A DNA stretch of 64,000 nucleotides from Blepharisma stoltei ATCC 30299 (lineage: Eukaryota > Protista > Ciliophora), in NCBI GenBank assembly GCA_965603825.1, contig CBFDEM010000005.1:248001-312000 (forward strand). Reading direction: 5' to 3'. A program made the translations under genes and the position numbers. How positions within the stretch are numbered: position 1 is the first letter of the stretch; each line of letters begins with the position of its first letter. The notes below the pieces were generated by a model. It made no database searches and had not been told where the DNA came from. It worked only from the letters and a program-made list of their open reading frames with translations. Positions 55,903 through 64,000 of this stretch are shown one piece after another.

Positions 55903-58152
55903 ATGTCAAGTAGTGATTTCAGTAGTGAAAGCGATTTTGATATGGATGTAGATGAAGGGACTGCAGTCGGCTCAGTGATGCCATCAATTCAAGTTTCTGA
56001 AGCCCCACGCATAATTGAATCTCAAGTCTCTGCTCAAAGTGACGAAGACTCAGAACTAGAAGAGCCACCAAAAATAACAGTATTAAAATCAGAAAAAGAG
56101 CCTTCAAGTGTAGAAATCTCATCAGGTTCAAGCGACTTAGACTCAGTAGTCGACACTCCACAGCCAAAACAAAGTCCTCCAAAAGAAGAAATGAAATTTC
56201 TTGCAGTCAATAAAAAACCTATGACAATCGGTGTAAAAGATTTCAACAAAACAGTCCCATCGCCCATGATTTCTCCTATAACAAAACCCAAACCTTCCCC
56301 AAATATGCTAACAACCCAAAAAAAGCATCTGCATACAAAGTCATCTAGAGACTTTTCAGACCTAAATTTTGATGATGACTTTGCCTCTACTCAAAAGCCT
56401 AAAGGCAAGCCTATTGATGTGGAAAGGCTATATAGATTTCAAGCCAAAACACAAGCAAAAATAAAAGAACTTGCTGGCGCTCAGGTGAAAAAAGATATGG
56501 AACAATGCACTTTTAAGCCGAATATAAAGACAAGCAGAGAGAAAAGAACTGCGGAGGAGTTTATTAATGATATGGAGAGGATGGAAAAGACAAGGCAAAA
56601 TGCTATTGAAAATTTGAGGAATGAAAACCTAAAAGCATATGGAAGAGGAGGTCTGAAGCCCAAACCAACTATATGTAAAAAGTCAAAAATAATGGTTAAG
56701 CAGCATCAAAACGGAAAAAATAAGGTACCAGTGCATGAAAAATTGTGAAAAGATCACACAAAAAAAGATAGAGAGCAACTATTATCGCCTATAAAATCAG
56801 TCAAAGAAGATCGGAGATCATTTACCCCAAGCATCAATCAAAAATCTTTAAGATTAGAAAGAAGTGAATCCATTGACAATAGGCTATATAATGACGCATT
56901 AAGAAGAAAAAGAGCAGCCAGCGAAAGCCCAGTTACGGAAAGTGTCTTCCGAGGACGTCTAATAACAGAAAACTCCGAAAAAGTTCTAGCAAAAAAATTT
57001 GAAATTGATTTTTCCTCCAAACTAAAAGAACTAAACATAGAAGATGCAATAAATTATACTAAATTTGTAACATTATTGAAAGCTATGAGCTTCATTATTG
57101 GTACTGATAATGATGAAGAGAGGAACACTATTATTGAAATTTGGAAGCTTTTAAAGCCAATAGAAAACTATGTGAGCATAGAAAATGTGCTTAATATTTT
57201 TAAAGGTATTATGAACTATCCTTTATCTGAAGGAAATGAAGAATTATTGGTATTTGATAGAGACTTTCTTCATAAAACCTTTTTTAGCTTGTCAGAAAAC
57301 AGAACAAATGCTGTTTCATTTTCTAATAAAAATCCAAGATTTAAAGATAAAATTAAGCAATATAGCTTTAGACCAAGCTTAAATAAAACAAGCTCATTAC
57401 TTGCAGGGAGGTCAAGAAATAACCGCAGTTTCTTGTCTGGGCAAAAAAGTAACGTTGATTTCTTGGTAACTGAGCAGCAAGTTCTGCAGGAAAAATGGGA
57501 AGAAATGAAAAAGCTTAAGGAAAAAGAAGATGCCAAGAAATACACTTTCAAACCAACGATAAACAAAAAGAAGCCTGCAGCACCAAGCACACCGAAAAAC
57601 AAGGATATGTTGGCTGCCCAATATAAGCAGCTTAGCTCAGAAAAAGATAGATTTGAAGCTCTTTACAGCCTAGCAAAGGTAGAAAAAAGCAAAAAAGAAA
57701 AGATAGCGAAGTCGAAAGAAGATATTGAAATTGAAGAAAATATGAAAGAATGCACCTTTACACCTAAGCTCGAGACTCAGAAGTTTAATAATGAATATGA
57801 TCAAGTGAAAGGTGTTTCTCAAATGATTAATAAACTAAGAAAAGGAAAAACTGAAGTAAGCGAAGAAAATTCTTATAGGAAAGGAAACAGCTTATCACAA
57901 TCAAGGCAGTCACGGCTATCAAATTATGAAAAACAATTAACCAAAGATATAGGAGAAAGAGATACTTATCAAAATTCAGAGAGTTCAGAAGATGAGGACT
58001 GCTTGACTGTATCAGTGAATCTTCCTAATGGAGTTGTAGACACACTAGTGATTTACCGCCATGATAATAAAGCTGACGTTATCCAAAGGTTCATTGACAA
58101 GCATTCTATTGATGACTCCTCAGCAAAAAAATTAATAGATGGCTTAAATTAG
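55903..58152 (+). CDS. Acidic/Ser-rich coiled-coil protein with (T/S)FxP repeats, probably cytoskeletal (749 aa)
   Basis: TGA 56746 joins the ORFs. Repeats CTFKPNI, SFTPSIN, YSFRPSLN, YTFKPTIN, CTFTPKL; ends TAG. Confidence 0.75.
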
Positions 58153-58181
58153 TAAAATTCAATAAATTATATAAAAAATAT

Positions 58182-60887
58182 TTAATAACCTCTGGACAGC
58201 CTGCTAAGAATTCTCTGCAGCTTGACCTGCTCTTTGAGAATTCCTTTCTGCTCTTGGCTATATTCCATTTTTTCAACAAACCTATTTTCATTGCCTTCTC
58301 TTAAAATCAATTTTTGGAACAGCTCATTCTCATTTTTTTGCTGAAAATGATTTGGCTGTGTTTTCCTTAACAATCCTTTTTCAACATCTTTAGAATTTTT
58401 CCCTAATTCTGATTTTTCAATATTCCTTTGAATTTCATCAAGAATTTCTTTTTTCTTTTCAGCTTCTTTCAGTGCTTTAATTCTTTTTGACTCTTCGAAT
58501 TCTTGCATTTTCGTCTGCTTAATCATTTCTCTTTCCTGCTTGATTCTTTCAGTCATTAATGCTTGAAACTTTTCTTCAATGTTCCTTTGTGCATTTGATT
58601 CTTCAATGAATTCTTTTCTTTTATCTTCTTCAGCTTTTCTTTTTTTCTAACTATATTTTACCTCTCTGACTTCGTCTCATTGAGCTCTGATGTTTTCTCT
58701 TTCTTTTGATACTGGGATTTCTTTCCTGCTTACTTGTTTTGATTTAAGATAGTATTTGCTAGATAAGCAGTGAGAAGAAGCTGATCTTGTCTGCTTTTTG
58801 ATTCCTTCGATAACTCTGTCACTTGGAGATTCAAAGTGTTCTAGGGACATATTTCCTTGATGGAAACCATAGGTGGACAGTGTTGAGTAACTGTGAGTGT
58901 CGTATCTGTAGGGGCTGTCTTTACTTGAATATGCCAAGGAGTCATTTAATGGCGAATCTTTTTCTGTGGCGAAATTTTGAGATTGGAGATCACTAGAAAG
59001 CTTTTCAATTTTCTTCATAGTGGAACTTACATCAGGGGAAAGAAAATAGCCAATTTCTTTAATTTTTTTTATAGGAGGAGTGCTATAAATATCAAAATTG
59101 TCTTTCTCATCACTTGCAGGCTCAGTTGTTACAACTGACTCTATATCGTGTGGATTATACATTTCGCTTGTTTTCTCACATGGCTCAGTCATGATAATAG
59201 GATCCACGTCATATTGATCAGTTCTTACAGAAGAGTTTTGGACTGATTCAAAAGTATCAATAATTACATCTAATTCATCTTGGGTATCTATAATAATCTG
59301 AGGTGAGTTTTCAGTCTCAAATTTATGTTCTTCTTCATTTGCTTCAGCATCCAGGCATTTGCTTAGCGTTAACTCAAAAGTATTTATTTTTTGAGGAGAT
59401 TGGAATGTCCCAAATGCAAACCTTGGAGTATCACTTTTTTCTTGGCTCACAAACCTATCAGCAAAACTTTCTTCTGTATTACAAGCATCTGTTTTTATAT
59501 TCATTTTAGACCCAGATCGTCCAAAAAATGAGGGTGACCCTGAAATTGATTCAAATGGCTTTTTTGGGCTTGATAGTTTATAGAGTGGAAGGTTCGGGAC
59601 TTCTTGCTGATGAATTGTTTTAAATTCTTTGAATCTTCCATAATATTCGAAACTTTCATTTAATAAATTCAAAATTTCTTCAGCACCTATTACTTTTTTG
59701 ACCCTACCAGGATTAAATTTTGAGAAGTGAGAATATGCGTCAAAAATTACACTTTCCCTGATTTTTCCTTCTTTTATGAAATTCGGGATTTTCCTGATAG
59801 TTTGCACAACTTGTCCAACGTTACTTGTATATTTTTGGAGGACTTCTCAGAGTCTACTTTTCATTACTTTAAATCCTGATGAGACAGTAACATGGGAATC
59901 CACTTCAGAAACAAGTATAAGGAAGCTATGGGCTAGCTCTTGGATATCTTGTCCTGGGAATTTCTGAGCTCGAAAGTCTTTTAGCGTTTTAACTGTAACT
60001 TTCCCTATTGCAGCATTTAGATTTTCTTCTGCATCTTCAAGCCCTTTTCTTGTGCATAATCCTGGGGAAAAACAGTTGGCATTAGCAATTTGAGTCTCAA
60101 GCGACGCTATTATATCATCACATTGAACTAGCAGTGGGATAGGAATATACTCATTATGATTCAGCTGAACTTGGATTTCCTGCATAATTTTTGTCATCTT
60201 AGCAAATGTTGGGTGCAGAAATGGGTGGCTTAAAGCTTTATAAGAAAAAATCAGCTCAAGGACTAGTTCAATTTTTTCTTTAAATTCTGAAATCTGCTCC
60301 AAACTGTATTCATGAGACCTCGAAATTTTTACCAAAAAATCCTTTATGGCTTTTATGGGTGAAATTTGCCCCTGCCTTTTTTTAAGCCTGACTTCTTGAG
60401 TTAAATAGTCTACGCCATTTAAGTTTTCTCTGGAATCGTCAATGTTCGGTGTTAATGATCTTTCGCTCATATAAGATTTGGATAACTCTTGTGTAGGCTT
60501 GTTTTTCAAAAGCGGGATAAATTTAGGGGTGGTGCTGCGTTTCCCTTTTATTCCGGAGTCTATCCTGGATTGGGTGTTTTTATAGTCTCTTTTTTTAGCT
60601 GCTGTGGATAATGATCGTTCTGCTATAAAAGATCGTGACCTAGGGGTTGAAGCCGCATTAGGAGAATTTTGCCTTAAAAAATTATTCTCATAATTTGCCT
60701 TGTTTGAGAAATTTTGTGATTTTGGGGATGTTAGGTCTTTGGATAATTCTTGCTTGAAATATTGCTTTAATAAGTTTTGCTTCGAACTGAGACGTTTTAT
60801 TTGAGATTCAGCATGGCTTGGAGAGTGTCTATTAATAGGAGAAGAAGTATCAGGATGATTGGAAATATTTGTGACGAATTTATCCAT
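58182..60887 (-). CDS. Hypothetical protein with C-terminal coiled coil (about 896 aa; one 15-nt intron)
   Basis: Three same-frame ORFs are joined by TGA 59847, TGA 58677 and the intron at 58647-58661. Confidence 0.75.
58647..58661 (-). other. 15-nt intron GTAAAATATAGTTAG
   Basis: Removes an in-frame TAG; matches the intron consensus. Confidence 0.85.
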
Positions 60888-61231
60888 TTGAAATTTATTT
60901 GATATTTTGATGAAGAATTTAATTCAAACAAGGCCATTTTTATGAATCTCAACTGTAAGTTTTATTATTTCCTTAATGTGTCTCATCTTTCATTAAAAAT
61001 TAGCTATTTTTTATTGATTTAACTATTTAGTATCATCTCTAGAGAATAATCTGCATACTTTTCTGTTTTTTTAAGTAAATTTCACTTTATTGAGAAAGCC
61101 TTACATATATTTTAATAAATAAATTCGATATTTTGTCAAAACAAAAGTAATTGCAGAAGCTATAGAATTTAAACTATTTTCAAAAAATTGCGTTAAATTG
61201 GCTAGCCATACAATTAAGTTTGACATATTTA

Positions 61232-63157
61232 ATGATATCAAGCTTTCAAGATATCACATATAGATTCAAAGAGGCTTCAACTCGTTTAAAAAGCGGTGAA
61301 AATATAGCCACTAAAAGATTCTCAAACTTAGAAAGCATGTCAGCAACCGAAATTATGGATTCTCGAGTTGATTCAGGAATGATTTTAGTTCAGCTTCCAA
61401 AAGTGCAGGAATTGATTAACGATAATATCATCCCAAAACTGTCAGCACTCTCTGAATCTGACCTTTTAAGTATATGCCATTTACAAGTTAAAAATTTCGC
61501 TCTTTGGCTTGAAGGCCAATCTCTTCCACATACACTGTATTCTTGTGTTTATCTGCACACTCCAGAATTATTGAATGAAAATCCAATATTAAAATCTTTG
61601 CTTAAATGCATTGTTTTTATTGTGGACTGTGTGCATAGGCATGTGCTGAAAATCACATCTCTAAGAGAAGACGATTATTCATATACATCAATAAAATTTT
61701 TAGCATTGTTTTCAACTGAGCAAGATGTTGAAAGAGATTTATTGAATGCTGAACGATCAATAGGAGATGAAAATGAACTTTTATTGGCTTATTTGAGATC
61801 TTTTAGAGGATTATTTTATATCATTTCAGGCTTATTTAAACAAAATTTAAATGGGAGAGGAAGTGCTGAGACAAATATTCTCTTCACACTGAGGCAGCTA
61901 GAAAATATGAGCGAAAGAGATTTAGGAGAAATAAATACAGGAATTTTTAATAGCTCTTATTGCTTAGTGAAGCTACCACATTTTCCGCCAACTAAGGTAT
62001 ATGAGGTAGAAAAATATACATTTGCTGATGCGATTGTGAGAATAAGAAAATTTCTTGTATCCATGTCAAAATTAGCTGCGATGCCAATAATTGATGACTT
62101 TGAAGATCTTATAACATATATGAACACTATTCCTTCCAATGATATTGTTTCAAAAATTTTGTATGATTACCATCTATTTTCAAGGAAAAATGATGAGTGG
62201 CAAATATTTTATTCTTTTCCATTTAAAAGATTAATACTCAATAGTATGCATAAAATTGGAATAGATACAGCATTTTTAATTCAAAATGATTCATTTACAA
62301 ATTATTTTAAAAAAGTAGAAGTAGTCTTCAAAGAGCTCGTTTCTTTGACTTTGAAAAATGACACAAGACAAAGAAGAACTTTATCAAAATATTTCCCTGA
62401 TTTCAATATTTTAATAAATGAAGCAAATTTTACAGAAGAAGCTATATATGGAAAAAATAGACAAAATATAAGCGAACAATTGATTTTCCAGTGGATTTTT
62501 ACTCACACAGTATTATATATGATCCAATATGTTAGTTCTGGATTTAAACTTGATCTATATGCTCAAGAAGAAATTGGCATGATTATGTTTTATATGGACT
62601 TTTTATACGGAGTTTACCTCAATGGGCTTTCCTCTTTATTAGAATATTTGAGTACAAAATCAGCTAAAAAAAAGAAGTTAAAAGGGATTAAACTCATTCA
62701 AAATGAATTTCAACTTTCATCTGCAAAACAAATTTTATGCAGAGGAATAGTCAGATTATTCATAATTCTCCTTAAAATGAATCTTATACAAAGAATCCCT
62801 GAAGAAGCTGAAGAAATAAGATTCAGAAATAGGTTTAAAAGATTTGATACTTTAGTAGTCCCTCAAAGGCTTGACTATAGCTCATGATTAAACGTAAAAT
62901 CTTTAGCTGAAACTATGGATATTGAGAAGTTAATCACAGATTGCCAAGAATCATTTGAAACAGCAAAAAATCAATTAAAGGAACTAGATGGAATTTTTAT
63001 GGTGAAAGAGCTTATAAGAGTGTGTGTATGGAATTCATTAGCCATAACGAAAGGAGCATGCTCAAATTGGGAGTGCAAGCTTAATGTAATGTATAATGAA
63101 AGTCCAATATTTCCAGTGATATCTCTGGAGCCTTTACCTAACAACGCTACTAGTTAA
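61232..63157 (+). CDS. NAA35: NatC auxiliary subunit NAA35/MAK10 (641 aa)
   Basis: DIT..FKEA..L..GE....FSNLESMSATEIMDSRVDSGM, WLEGQSLPHTLYSCVYL, GFKLDLYA.EE, RF..RF; TGA at 62885. Confidence 0.9.
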
Positions 63158-63690
63158 ATAAATAATTAATTTTTTTAACAGCTGAAATTAAAAGACTCAT
63201 GGCCAAAAAGTTATGCTTAGTAATTAAGTTTTTTATCGATTTTATCAGTAAACATATTTTGAAATACCCTAATAATGCGTGATATTAAATAAGATATTTA
63301 TTGCTCAAAGGTTGCTAATAGGTTTTAAATAATTATTAAAAATTTGTAAAATATGAAAAATATTAATACTAAAGTATATATCTCTTATTACCTTTGTTAA
63401 CCTAGTGAATTGGCATTAAACATGCATTTTAATAAGAGATTCTGTTTAGCTTATTTTATATTTTTCCATTTTATCCAAATCAATAAAATGGAATAACCCA
63501 ATTATATAGTCTGATTACCTTTCTAATATGATTTAATAATTATTCATATGCTCAATTCGAGATATTTTTTTATCCAAAAGCTTCCGACTATTGATCTTCT
63601 TAGTCAGCCACATTAAATAAATTCTTATCATTTATTGCAATGCATATTATAGGTTCTTCAGTGAGATTTAAATAAAAAAATATTAAAAAT

Positions 63691-64000
63691 ATGTTAACCA
63701 ATTCGACACTTCTCCCTTTAATATGAAGCTTATTTGCGATAGTTTGCGTTATAATTGAAGCAGTAATTACTTCAGATGTTGAATGAACCAGTTCAGAACT
63801 TGCAGAATGATTGCAATCAGGCCGTAGCAGCGGATTAGATTGGATATTTATTATAATATCCCCAGCAGTAATCTATCTTTTGTTGGCTTCAGGACTGGTT
63901 GTTTACGCATCGTTTAGCCTTAGGCTCGGGAGCTTGGGGATAACATGCGAAATCCTTGCTATATGAATAGGCGATGTAATGAAGCTTCACTATCAGCATC
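63691..64000 (+). CDS. Multi-pass membrane protein, probably PAP2/G6Pase-like phosphatase, 3'-partial
   Basis: ATG 63691; open to the window end with four TGA=Trp codons. Hydrophobic segments end in IGDVMKLHYQH, consistent with the start of the PAP2 KxxxxxxRP motif. Absent from the ORF track. Confidence 0.6.

Noticed and set aside
397-62139. Numerous short antisense or alternative-frame ORFs in the track (e.g. 397-702, 20471-20746, 23351-23749, 27331-27690, 57270-57602)
   Set aside because: They are shadows of K/E-rich sense genes, typically F/S/L-rich and without recognisable motifs.
1-64000. Widespread pseudogenisation or sequencing errors as the cause of broken ORFs
   Set aside because: Outside 11.1-14.2 kb, the breaks are frame-preserving TGAs at Trp positions or GT-AG mini-introns.
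1-64000. UGA as selenocysteine or cysteine (Euplotes-type), or TAA/TAG as Gln (Tetrahymena/Paramecium code)
   Set aside because: TGA aligns with conserved Trp rather than Cys. Internal TAA/TAG occur only inside consensus mini-introns or at gene ends.
1-64000. Prokaryotic, mycoplasma or mitochondrial origin (also UGA=Trp); CRISPR arrays, operons, IS elements
   Set aside because: Gene content is eukaryotic nuclear (kinesin, Myb, bromodomain, TBC, Piezo) with spliceosomal introns. No repeat-spacer array or transposase was seen.

Overview
This is eukaryotic, gene-dense, AT-rich nuclear DNA, not prokaryotic. The six-frame ORF track is fragmented for two reasons. (i) TGA is read as tryptophan: it falls on conserved Trp positions in kinase, Myb, SAM, astacin, TBC and Piezo domains, and every reconstructed gene ends in TAA or TAG. 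(ii) Several genes carry tiny 15-16-nt GT-AG introns. This combination is the known signature of the heterotrich ciliate Blepharisma, so the window is most likely Blepharisma macronuclear-type DNA (inference). Re-translation gives about 36 protein-coding genes and one tRNA-Pro(AGG). Recognisable products: an apicomplexan-type PKG, a SINA-like E3 ligase, a FAM135-like protein, three Myb proteins, an ODA-docking complex subunit, an SCP/FCP phosphatase, a caprin-like protein, an ankyrin-bromodomain protein, an arrestin, PGAP1, a Sen1-like helicase, DNA Pol kappa, Piezo, an F-BAR/F-box-like/TBC protein, a SAM protein, an AAAP transporter, RWDD4, kinesin-13, a Nudix hydrolase, NAA35 and a PAP2-like protein. 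Ten tiny introns were located. The most unusual region is 9.3-14.2 kb: a tandem array of signal-peptide-less astacin proteases with a repeated Cys/His module. One copy is intact, one is a relic, and one is interrupted by a 133-bp TA/TTTA-bounded insert whose removal restores the ORF (IES-like). A 9-bp repeat region lies next to the array. Pol kappa lacks an upstream in-frame AUG. All calls come from manual reading; no database searches were run.
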